Below are positions 52,059-64,000 of a DNA stretch of 64,000 nucleotides, in pieces. Each line of letters opens with the position of its first letter. Positions within the stretch are counted from its first letter, which is position 1. Location: positions 10,850,001 through 10,914,000 of the forward strand of contig NC_043008.1 in NCBI RefSeq assembly GCF_006345805.1. The letters are read 5' to 3'. Source of the stretch: Octopus sinensis. Its lineage: Eukaryota. A program made the position numbers and the translations under genes. The notes under the pieces are model-generated. The model saw only the letters and a list, made by a program, of their open reading frames with translations, ran no database searches and was not told the origin of the DNA.

Positions 52059-52653
52059 TACTTATGCAATAGTGAATATGTTGACCTCTGAAAAATCTGA
52101 AACTCTGAACTTAAAAATAAAAGCAACCATAAATGAAAAAAATGTGTGTTCCCAGGTCAGTAAAGTATTTTTCAAATCACTGCACTAATTACTGAAATAT
52201 AATTAGAAAGAAAAATAGTATGTAAAACTGATATGATATTTAAAACGATCTAAATTGGAAAGGTTATAAATTAATTAGAATGATATGTGAAAATAACTTT
52301 GAACGCAAGAGAACATACGGAGCACTAATGTGCTATGAAAACTTCAAGAAATTCAGTGCTAAGTTTTGAATAAATGGCAGAAAAGCATAAATTTCATCGA
52401 TAGATCGTAATTTTACTACTTTCAGTAGCCGTTTCATTAAGCATAAACATAATTAATTCAATAATTATGAAATTAAAATGCATGATTAATTAATATAAAT
52501 CAATTTAAATGTGATATATTTAGAGTAAAACCTATCCCAAATTATCAGGAAAACTACCAGCTCTACTTGCCGTAAACAGTTGCGAGTTTAAATTAAATTA
52601 GATCTCTTCCCCTCTGACTCTGTCTCTCTCAATCAATCTTTCGACCTCCCTTC

Positions 52654-52654
<1 letters not shown>

Positions 52655-52742
<88 letters not shown>

Positions 52743-52795
52743 CATCCATCCATCCATCCATCCATCCATCCATCCATCCATCCATCCATCCATCC

Positions 52796-52851
<56 letters not shown>
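52655..52851. repeat. (TATC)n(CATC)n(TATC)n compound microsatellite
   Basis: Direct inspection. Confidence 0.95.
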
Positions 52852-52852
<1 letters not shown>

Positions 52853-53501
52853 AAACAAGTTTTTAATTCTAAGTGATTACTAGTTCGCTAATAAAAGAGG
52901 GGAAGATATATATAATAGTTTTATCTTCGTGTTTAGTGTATTTAGAGAAAATAAATAAGTTTAAATAAAAATAGTTCGCAATAAGTTCATGTTTGGAATT
53001 AAATAAAAACCATTGGTTAGCGTTAATCGCTTCTGAAACTTCGAACGTAGTCAATCAGCAGCTTTTTTAAACTACCTTAATAAACATTTTCAGATATCAA
53101 TTCCTAATCGTAGAGAATGTTTTTTTTTCTTTTGTGTGAAAGATATGTTCAACTGGAGAAGCAGAGTTCTTCAGAATGTCTTCTGATGTTAAAACTGAAA
53201 CAAATTTAGAATTTAAAAGCATCATGGGTTATAAAAATACAATTATAAACTGCATTATTACATTTGAAATTACCATTGAGTGGACACTTTCTTTTCAATC
53301 TAAAATTACATACTCTTTTGTTGGGGAATAGCAAAGAAACATTTCTACAGACATGCATAAGCGTATTATGTTTGATATTAGAAAAAACAGTATCACATTT
53401 AGTATTTCTGATTTTGATAATCAGTGAATAGACTTCACTGAAATTTAAATATATACATTACGAGTCGAGACAAATATCGTCAGCTGACCGGTGTCTGCTA
53501 C

Positions 53502-53546
53502 TCTAGGCCGACGAAGGACAATAATCCTGAAACACGTGTCCCTAGA
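53502..53546 (+). ncRNA. Type I minimal hammerhead ribozyme (U4C core)
   Basis: tctagg ccgacga agga-caataa-tcct gaaac acgt gtc cctaga; stem I 6 bp, stem II 4 bp, palindromic ACACGUGU stem III, GUC triplet. Confidence 0.7.
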
Positions 53547-53789
53547 TGCAGCCCGGGCGGCTGGGGGTATTTGTCTCCCCTTCGTAAATGTATATAAGGA
53601 CACAATAAAAATGTGTCAAAGCCATCAGGAGGCGTCGATGCTTCCTAGGGCTAAACAGCGGTGGTGTACCCCCTACTGTCACGTTCGTGTTAGATTGACA
53701 GTATACAACCATAGTATCACATTATTATTGAAAAAAGCACTATTATTGAAATGACTGAAACAAGTAAAAGAATATTACAACTAATACCC

Positions 53790-55760
53790 TGAGGGGGAAT
53801 TATTAGAGCATAATTTTTTATCCGTTTAGAATTTATATTATAGCTGTTGAATTTAGAGTGATTCCTGTTTGCTATAATTGATGACAAATTAGATGCAGTA
53901 GAATAAGAAACCTTCACAGTAGACTTATTGAATACATGGTAGTATTTATATTGTGGTGGAAAACTCTCTTTAAAAATTTTAAAGGCTAAGGTTGTACCAA
54001 GTAATATTCCGTTTTCTATTTCACCCATTACTAGTTTGTTATTATTATGAATGTTAGAAGAGACATTCCTTACCTTAGTAGACGAAATGCGGAGAAGGTC
54101 TTACTTAAAATGTGTAGATTAGGAATTATTGTGTTTACTACTCTCAATATTTGAAATGTCAGTTATATTTATTACTTTTAAATCTTGTAAGATGCCAAGA
54201 ACCATATTTCTCTGGATTAGAGCTGCAGTAGGAACGTTGGTTATTAGATAATCTATTGCATGCGGCTTTCTGATAATGATTCGCAAAAATATAATTATTA
54301 CTTACAGTGGGACTAACAGGTTTAGGTCAAAGAGAGTTTATTATTAATTTTGTATTTGGAGAAATTCACAGAATTATTCCTTGGATAAGACGGCGAGCGA
54401 TTATATTTATCTCTATTTCTAGATACATTCAACGTTCTATTTTCATTTTTAGCAAGATTACAGTCACATTGCTTATTAGTATTTGTCACGAAAGATAATT
54501 ATTTTAGATGCATATAGTTTTTAATGTTATCATTAGAACAAGTATTAATGTTGCTACCATCATTAATTTGATTAAGCCATAGTTTAAGCTTAGTATTACG
54601 CTTATATGTTATCGTCTCATCATATCGGTTAAAGTATCACTATAGAAAGCTGAACTATCATCAACGATATGTTTTTTCGTTAACTGAAGCATTAGAAATT
54701 CTAATAGAAATATTTTAAACTAAACTATCTACTATCTAGAATTGGATTTTTATTTATTTATATAGTGTAGAATAACATTAGGCATATGATATGGATAATA
54801 AAGACCAGAATTGAATTTAGGTGTTATAATGAGAAAATTTACATTTTTGATAGACTTCTCATGAGTAATGAATAGATTATAATTTTCAAACGAATTTGCG
54901 AAGAGATTTCCTAAGGCTTTAACTGAAGTAGAGAATAGTTAGTGATAAGGAAGATGATATACATAAAACCTAGATTTGGAAAATTTGTTTGCAATTCAGT
55001 TAAGGTAAATAATCCGACTAAATCAATTACCTGAACTGTGTCGGACGAGCCTGATATCTAGATTTTTTTTTGTCCAATATTTACCATTGAAAAATATTTC
55101 TGTGTTCTTGACCGCTAAAATAGTATTTTTGTCTGTGGAAATTAAAAGAGATATCTTTCTAGCGAAAAATATGGCTTTGTTGTAGAGTAGAGGCAAATAA
55201 TAACTTAATATGAAATTGAAGGAAAGATTTTTTTCTTTATTTTCTAACTTTACAGACCATTGTATTACATCTCCTGAGTTATTCTCAAAAGATAAGTCTA
55301 AATATTTTTAACAACAGGTATTAATTTTATCAAATACATTTCTACTAATCCTACCCAAATCAAACTTGGAATGATTAATTAATCTAATTGAAATATTTTC
55401 TAAAAAGAACATATGATAGTCCTTGATAAAAAAACAAAACAAAACAAAACATAAAAATGAAGTGTTCGTGATCTGAAGCAGCCCGTCCTCACCGTTAAAT
55501 TAAGTCTAGTAATGTGTTTATGAACCAACTCGTTTATGCAACTGAGTGCATTGGATCCGGCTTTCTAAACAATTTTTATAGAGTTCCTTATTTATGTCCT
55601 CTAGTTGATAGAGTATAAGTAATTACCATGAAATAGATCCGAACTGGTAATATTAGAAATCATTTTGGATAATTTTTTCGGGCGCCATTAGAAATCCTTC
55701 TAAATTTAACGTTCGAAATGAAATTCAAAAATTTCAAGGGTGTAATGGAGGTCTTCCAGA
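53790..55760 (-). mobile_element. Decayed Penelope-like retroelement reverse transcriptase
   Basis: Minus-strand peptides in PLE order: RLINHSKFDLGRISRNVFDKIN (~55320-55385), GSSDTVQVIDLVGLF (~55005-55050), ISIRISNASVNEK (~54670-54710), FPPQYKYYHVFNKSTVKVSYS (~53900-53965). The YxDD motif is decayed; many stops and frameshifts. Confidence 0.8.
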
Positions 55761-55969
55761 AATTAAAAATAATATTTTAAAGTATAATAAATTAGGAGGA
55801 GCGAGTATCACTATAACTTGAAAACTGAAAATTGATCCGTACATATGCTGAATTTGGGATTATGGCGAATTTCTATTTCATCTATTTGGATGCCATTTTG
55901 TTTATGTAAGAATGGGTGAGTTACATAAACACACACACACACACACACAGACACACACACACACACCAC

Positions 55970-56004
<35 letters not shown>

Positions 56005-56107
56005 CAACACACACACACAAACACATTAATCAACACGTACGTGTGTCCACACATACGTCTATCAATGTTTTTACACAAGTGTATATATTATATATATATG
56101 TATATAA

Positions 56108-56180
<73 letters not shown>

Positions 56181-56232
56181 AAAACACAGAGAAAACACAA
56201 CAACGCGAGGACATACGCACATATATCTACAC

Positions 56233-56302
<70 letters not shown>

Positions 56303-57340
56303 CATATATAACATATGTATATGTATGTATATATATATATATGTATATATTTATATATATGTACACACACACACACACACACCACACACATATATATATA
56401 TGCATTTGGTGGAGTATATTGTATCAGTATGTGCGAGTCTACCTGTACACTTATAGAAAGTTAATTCTATTTTTATCGTGTGGTTGCATTCCTATTAAAA
56501 ACTTTATTCCCGGCGGCGGGAATAAAGTGTGTCTACGCTAAAACATAACTATATTAATCTCAACACTATTCCTATTTTTACTTTAACGGCAATGTGCACA
56601 GAAAGCAATAATATAATTTTCCATGTAGGAAAATTTACAAGCGCTGTTCAAAGACATACTTTTAATATCGATGAACTTTTCTTGTAAAAGTATCGCCGAA
56701 GAGAAAATTTCTTTTGAAATTTCACACGAAACTGTGTCATGCATGTCTGTGGTTATGTATCAGAATATCTAAATTTGAAAAGAGTATAATTTCACACGAA
56801 AATGTGTCATGCACATCTATAGCTATGTACCAGAATATCTCAGTTTGAAAGGAGAATATAATTAAATATGGAATACATGCTTGAAATTGAATTTTACATT
56901 CAGATACCTAAGTGTTGTTCTGAATAGAGATGATGGATTAGTTTAACTTGTAAATATTTCTCGGAAATAAAATTATTTCAATAATTGCTGTTGACATTGA
57001 TATCCACTGAAAGAGGTATCTCAATAGAACCATAGCAGTATTTTATATATTTGCGATAATTTGGACCATGTACTGGAGAACAACTTCTCAGAGAAAAAAA
57101 AAAATAAATAACATGGATTGAATTTGAATAGTCAAGCACAAGCAGTTATCTCAATGCGATTACGTGAATATGTCGCTTTAAACTGGAGTTCGTTGATCAG
57201 AATTGGATGTAAAACCGTTTTTGTTTTTACTTTTATGATTTCATATGAATATTCACATCATTCGTTTGAGATTTATTGCGAAATATTATATATATTGGAA
57301 CTCAAAGTTAAGCCTCTAAGATTATTAGTGAATAGAGGAT

Positions 57341-57753
57341 ACTCTTTTGCTTGTTTCAGTCATGTGACTGTAGCCATGCTGGAGCACCGCCTTTAGTCGA
57401 GCAAATCGACCCCAGGACTTATTCTTTGTAAGCCTAGTACTTATTCTATCGGTCTCGATTGCCGAACTGCTGAGTTACGGGGACATAAACACACCAGCAT
57501 CGGTTGTCAAGCGATATTGGGGGGGGGGTACAAACATAGACACACAAACATACACACACACACATACACACACATACACACATATATACGACGGGCTTCT
57601 TTCAGTTCCCGTCTACCAAATCTACTCACAAGACACTTGCCCAAGGTGCCACGCAGTGGGACTGAACCCAGAACCATGTGGTTGGTAAGCAAGCTACTTA
57701 CCACACGGCCACTCCTACGCCTAGCAACTTACCACGCAGTCACTCCTACGCCT
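57341..57753 (-). mobile_element. SINE family A with a duplicated 5' end (~30 bp)
   Basis: cttaccac..ccactcctacgcct occurs twice in 57697-57753. Confidence 0.85.
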
Positions 57754-57912
57754 ATACATCATAGTTTAAATAAATTTATTTTAGTTTAAATATAATGTAT
57801 TATATAATTACATTTTAAAAATAGATATTAGTCTATTGATAAACAATTTTTATACTTTCTGTTACATACGAAATATATTTAAAGATTACTAGTGAACAAC
57901 TGTATACAGTTG

Positions 57913-57916
<4 letters not shown>

Positions 57917-57985
<69 letters not shown>

Positions 57986-58075
57986 TGAGAGAAAGAGAGT
58001 GAGAGAGAGAATGAGAGAGGGTGAGTGAGAGAGAGCGAGAGAGAAATGAAAGTAAAAGAGAAGAGTGAGACAGAC
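57917..58075. repeat. (AG)n microsatellite
   Basis: Direct inspection. Confidence 0.95.
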
Positions 58076-58097
58076 AACAATTAGTTGTCCAACAGCA

Positions 58098-58163
58098 GAG
58101 GCGCAATGCCCAGTAGGGCATCGGACGCGCGGTCATAGGATCGCGATTTCGATTCTCAGACTG
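58098..58163 (+). mobile_element. SINE family F head fragment
   Basis: gaggcgcaatgcccagtagggc..gcggtcataggatcgcg. Confidence 0.75.
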
Positions 58164-58668
58164 GAGAGAGAGAGAATCGGATTATTTCCATGCGGTGGAT
58201 TGCAGATTAACGATGATGAATTCTTGATTTCTATCTTTATCCGTGTATATAATTCTTGGCCCAGCTCAACCTCGAACTTGTGAATATATATACTGCAGCA
58301 AATTCACACGAAGTAAAACATTCTTCTCCAGAGAAGAATTATTAAGATGTATGAGCTAATGAGAAATAAACGAGGTTATGTGGTTAGTCAACACAAAATA
58401 AATAGCAGCCAAAACTACCGGCCTAAAGCACATAGGATAATGTGGCCAAGCATATAATATATCTGAAATCAAACAAGATGATCATGGTTGTAAGGCGTTT
58501 GGTCACAGATCTTCAGCATCAGACTGACTTAGAGCAAAGGACCAACTTCAAGAAAAATATAGAAAAACCCCCAAAGGAAAACAGCAGCGGGCGACTGTAT
58601 ATAATGTATTTATGATATTAAAATAATTTCTTTTACCACTTAGTCAGGACATGAAGTACAGCGCTTAC

Positions 58669-58810
58669 GGTTCTTTATTGATTCCCAAACATGTGAGACT
58701 TGAGATGAAGAGAAGAGAGTGATCTTCAAAGTGGAAACCGGTGCCGAAGTTTTGTAAACGTGAATTTCGCAAGAACCATCGAAAAACTTCGAAAGCAAAG
58801 AGGCAGAATA
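58669..58810 (-). CDS. Candidate 142-nt exon, product unknown
   Basis: ttacttgcag| acceptor and |gtaagc donor; two frames are open; non-repetitive sequence with balanced composition. Confidence 0.25.
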
Positions 58811-59742
58811 CTGCAAGTAATTTAATTTCAACGATTGTCGTGCATTAAATATGTACTTGGATCCATCAGAGAAAGTAATACTTTGTACTCCAGACGGTCG
58901 ATACAACTAACGTCTCTCCATACCAATATTTTCGTCATACGGCGGTATAGATTTAGAAGGAAAGTCTGTTTATCCACGATCAGGTCTAACTACACAAAAG
59001 AGAATGCTTGAAAACACATTAAAAGATATTAATGCTAAGAAATACAGCAGAAACCAATAATATTATCCAGTTTTGGGGAACGAGGGGACGAATTATATTA
59101 ATGATCTACCGTAACACTTTTTGTGTCGTATGTTAAAGTTAAGGTTTGTGTGAGTCTGATTATAATGTAGAGGATGTAAGTATGCGCCGTGGCATTCATT
59201 CCTATCTGGACTCGATTAAATGAAATGAAAATATTTATTCAGGAATTGAACTCGTGTCGTATAGCATTCTATCAAAAGCTTATCTTTGTTTTTCAGGGTT
59301 TTATATCTAATACTTTGGCGTATAAATACACACAAAAAAGCACATCAACATTGTATGCAGTAAAGACCTTGACATATCCAAAGGAAAACGACAAACGCAG
59401 ATGTATATGCACTCACACATAGGCGGACACACGTGCGAACACATATCATAGCTCACATGTATCAAATATTTATATGCCTCGAGTAGAAAAATACATATAT
59501 TCTCATATCCTTCACGCCCTCCACATACATAAAGCACAGTATCAGTAATTCATATACATATATCAACACAAATAGACGCATATAAAAATGGGAGAATATG
59601 TCCGCAAATACGCATTCCAATGAAACAATTGCATCTGGTGTGTGAATCTGAACGAAACAAAACAAAACATACTCTTGCACAAATAGGTACAAAGAGTGAC
59701 AATAGCAAGTATAATCCTATGTGTCTACATCTTTGCACTTAC

Positions 59743-59819
<77 letters not shown>

Positions 59820-60076
59820 TGTTCTTTTTCTTTTTGTATCTACATACATAAATACATAGACATACGCATTTGCATATATATACATGTATATGTATATATA
59901 TATGTATATATGTATATATCTATATCTATATCTATATCTATATCTATATGTATGTATGTCTCTCTCTCTCTCTGTATATATATATATATATATATATATG
60001 CACATGTTCTTTATCTTTTGTATCTACATACATAAATACATAGGCATACGCATTTTCATATATACATATATACATG

Positions 60077-60121
<45 letters not shown>

Positions 60122-60196
60122 TTGTATATATGTATATATCTATATCTATATCTATATCTATATGTATGTATGTATGTATGTATATATATCTCTCTC

Positions 60197-60255
<59 letters not shown>

Positions 60256-61356
60256 TAATACATATACATAGGGATTTGAATGTAAATCAACAAATGTATG
60301 CCTTCCCGTGTAGGCACACAGAAACAAACTGTTGAATCCAACAGGCATTTGAAAACACACAAAAACAATTTTTCTAAGCACAGTTAAAGGTAACACGCTG
60401 AGAAAATGTCGCTGGCAGCTTTATACAGTTACGATACGCTAATGACTATTCTGGACTGTGCCAACATTACTGGAGGTGTTTTGTGAGAGTAGAAATACTA
60501 TAGAAATTATATATTAAATAAATAACATTAATCATAATAAAATAAAAAGACCTAAAAACAAACAAAAATAGCAAAATGAACGACATTACCTAGATAAAAA
60601 ATAAAAAAAAAGAGAATATAAAAATATAAAAAATATGAGGAAAATATCGTAATATATAATGTCAAACGGAATCTAACAAAAGAGAAACCGTTCTTGCTAC
60701 AGCTCTATCATCGTAGGAACCAAAAAAAAAGTCAACAACCAAAAAAGAGAAATATCAGAACCGAAGTAGTGTTTGGAAGAACTAAATGTTAGGAAGAGAT
60801 GTTTCTAGTTAGCTTGACAAATGAACAATCAGCGGAAGTTGATATTTACATACTTACTTGTCTGTGAATGTTGTAAGGCTACTTGTTGTTGTCGTTGCAG
60901 TTGTTATTGTTGCTGTTACTGTTGTTGTTGCTGTTGTTGTTGTTGTTGTTACCTTATCGTTGTTATTGTTCCTGTTTCAGCTATGATTGATCGCATATTG
61001 TTGACCTCCGGTAACGTGTGTTTAAAACTCCATTTAAAACACAGAAATCTGTGACAGAAATTGATTTCCAAACATTGCACACGCACACGTACACACACAT
61101 GCACACACACATGCACACACACGCACGCACACACATACATACGTCCGCATGCACTATCTTACACTTGTCCACTCATTCGAACGCACACACATGGTATCGC
61201 ATACACCTTCGAGAGATCGAGAAACGGAATAAAAGTGAGGTTGTGGCTGGTGTCTTAGAGATATCATAATCATCATAATAATAGATATGAAGAGAGAAAA
61301 GCAAACGAAAAATGCACTGCAACATACCTCTTTGTGTGTGTGTATATATATATATG

Positions 61357-61860
61357 TATAATTATAATAAAGGGATTTTGCAACGAGTTGCTTAAACCAC
61401 ATACCGAAAATATTAGAAATAGCAGCCAAATAGGTTACCATTACTATTACTACAAAAATAAGTCTCCACAAACAACAGTATTTGTAACTCATATATGGTA
61501 AAAAGAAGAAAGGAAAACAATGAGGCCACACAGTCTACTGGATTAATTATGGACGATCGTTTCTGGATTAGAATCGTAAAGTTCATTTCCTTATCAACAT
61601 AATATTTCCCATAAATTTAGAAATGCTAGGAAAAACTTACCTCCTATATATTCGATCAAGCGACATCGAAAGATATAAGACCACTAGCATATCCACATTT
61701 GTTTTCCTTTCTTCTTTTACCATATATGAGTTACAAATACTGTTGTTTGTGGAGACTTATTTTTGTAGTAATAGTAATAGTAGCCCTTTGACTGCTATTT
61801 CTAATATTTTCGGTACGTGGTTTAAGCAACCTGTTGCAAAATCCCTTTATTATAATTATA
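61357..61860. repeat. Inverted repeat, ~164-bp arms (61357-61520 and 61699-61860) with a 178-bp spacer
   Basis: Arms are reverse complements with several substitutions; terminus tataattataataaaggg. Confidence 0.9.
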
Positions 61861-61979
61861 TAAATTTTTACCGAATATGGTCCTTTTCATACCGAAATAC
61901 TACTAGGTGAAACTTATTGATTTTATTAAATTAATTATATTTCACCCTTTATCTGTATATATATATATATTATATATAT

Positions 61980-62054
<75 letters not shown>

Positions 62055-62077
62055 TATACATATATATACATATATAT

Positions 62078-62301
62078 GTGACGCCGGGTGTATCGTTGGC
62101 GATTTTCTTTCTCCGTCTTCCCTTCCTTGGACTTTTCCTTTTATCTATATTTCTGACGAAGAGCTCCGCTCTAAACGTTAAATCCTCTTTCTTTCTTTCT
62201 TCTTTCTTTCTTTCTTTCTTTCCTTTCCTTTGCATCCAATAACACTATACTTGTTCCACGTCCTCGTGTTGTGTTTTCTCTTTGTTCATGTTTGGATTAA
62301 C

Positions 62302-62302
<1 letters not shown>
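62078..62302 (+). mobile_element. HHR mini-element between (TA)n tracts; HHR-like motif at 62149-62183
   Basis: attt ctgacga a gagc-tcc-gctc taaac gtt aaat: canonical CUGACGA, extra A, G12 mutated to U. Confidence 0.7.
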
Positions 62303-62383
<81 letters not shown>

Positions 62384-63492
62384 ATGTATGTGTGCATACC
62401 ATACATATCTCTTTCTCTCTCTTTCTAGTGTCTTAATAATTTTTCAAGCCAATCACGTGGGGAATGGTGTTTTCCTCCATTTTGGAAATGACAGTCTCGT
62501 GTGGTATATATATATATATATATTTGTATATATATATATATATATATGTATATATGAAATTCCAAATTAATCTGATTTTCACGTTTCTATTATTTACAAA
62601 TTTTATAATTTTACGATATTGAATTAAACCAGTAATTTCATGTGTTTGGCAATAATCAGTTTATACAGTGACATCGTGTTCCAGAATTGGCAACTGTAGT
62701 GAAAAGGTTAGATTTGTCTTTTAAAATACCCTCTGATGGGCTCCAGACATGATGGGAATGTGGAATATGTCCTTTTATTGATAAAGGTATGCAAACAAGA
62801 TTGACATCGGTCATATTGGGATTGTAATTTGGACTAAAATATTTCATCAGAACATTTTGAATATTTGCTTATTTTGTCTTACATTTTAGTTTTGAGTAAT
62901 ACCGATTCCAGTCCAATAAGATTTCAAAACATTCCCCGTCTCATCTTCTGAAGAAAAAATTGACGAAAATCTGCTTGACATATCTTCTAAACCATTTTGT
63001 ATTTTGTATGGGCTATCGCAATTTCGCATTGAAAACTATATTATAAACGTTAGAAGCTGAATAATAGTGAACCCGGTCAGTAAAATGTGATTTTCTATCT
63101 CTTATAGTTACAACATGCACTAAAATATGTTCAGTAAAACATTTTATAGGAAAACATTTTTATAAGAAAAACTTTTTGTATACAAATATTTATTAGTAAA
63201 ATATCTATTCTTTCTGTTTTTGTTTTTTGTCTGCAAAACTCACCATGTGAAAACATGTAATAATATTTTTAAAGTAAATCTGTTATATGGAAACATTTAT
63301 GCGAAAACATAATTTTATATATTTATTTTCGTATTTGTACGTATATAATAGAAATATTTAACTCCCATATTAAAAATAAAACTTTTTTTATTCAAATACA
63401 CACACAGGCTTTTGCAACATTTTCGTTCTTATTGTTTCTCTCTCCCCCTGTGTGTGTGTATGTGTATGTATATCTATATCTATAAATGCTCG

Positions 63493-63527
<35 letters not shown>

Positions 63528-64000
63528 ATATGCTGTATATAAGCTTGCTTATATATTACATTCTCCGAAAATAAATTATGCACCTACACACACACTGTTG
63601 AAATATATGTACAATAAAAATACAGAACATCTAAACAGAACATAAAACATATAATACACGACAAACAGTAGAAAACAAGATGTTCTGCGCATAATTTCAA
63701 AGTTTGTAATAATTCACTATTTAAAAGTTTTGTATTTATTTCATAAAATACGTTATAAGAAACTCTCGTGCGTGCAGTCACATTTTGGCAAGGAAATATT
63801 AATCTGTGGTGTAGATGTGGCCATGTGGTGAGGTTTGACGAATGCTAGAACTGTAAGAGTTAATTTAGGATCTTTTCGCTTTGACCGGCAGATTTTTAAA
63901 ATAATTTCTTTGTAACTAAACACATTTAAACTTCGTATACTGGTAGTGTATTACATAAATCATCATTTTCTCTTGGCTTTCTTGAGAAAATTCTATAATT

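Overview
AT-rich, essentially non-coding eukaryotic DNA. The tRNA-derived SINE families with internal (CA)/(TA) tracts and the dense (TA)n/(TACA)n/(TATC)n microsatellites resemble octopus (cephalopod) genomes; this is an inference, not a database result. No protein-coding gene can be named, and nearly all long ORFs in the track are microsatellite read-throughs. Four short splice-site-bounded candidate exons are offered at low confidence. Recognisable elements are about 20 SINE copies or fragments, decayed RTE-LINE, Tc1 and Penelope-like (PLE) remnants, a tRNA-Gly pseudogene with a TCT anticodon, and a 100-N gap with duplicated flanks. The main signal is a window-wide set of type I minimal hammerhead ribozyme (HHR) motifs in several unrelated sequence families, most of them abutting (TA)n tracts and often folded back as inverted repeats. 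These are: an intact HHR at 2147-2194; a back-to-back intact pair in a ~290-bp hairpin at 41.6-41.9 kb; a 3.8-kb array of ~544-bp HHR-bearing units that flips orientation mid-array; a ~200-bp mini-element family with variant cores; and one HHR beside a decayed PLE reverse transcriptase. This looks like a PLE-dependent, (TA)n-targeting, retrozyme-like system. Ribozyme activity and transcription are untested.
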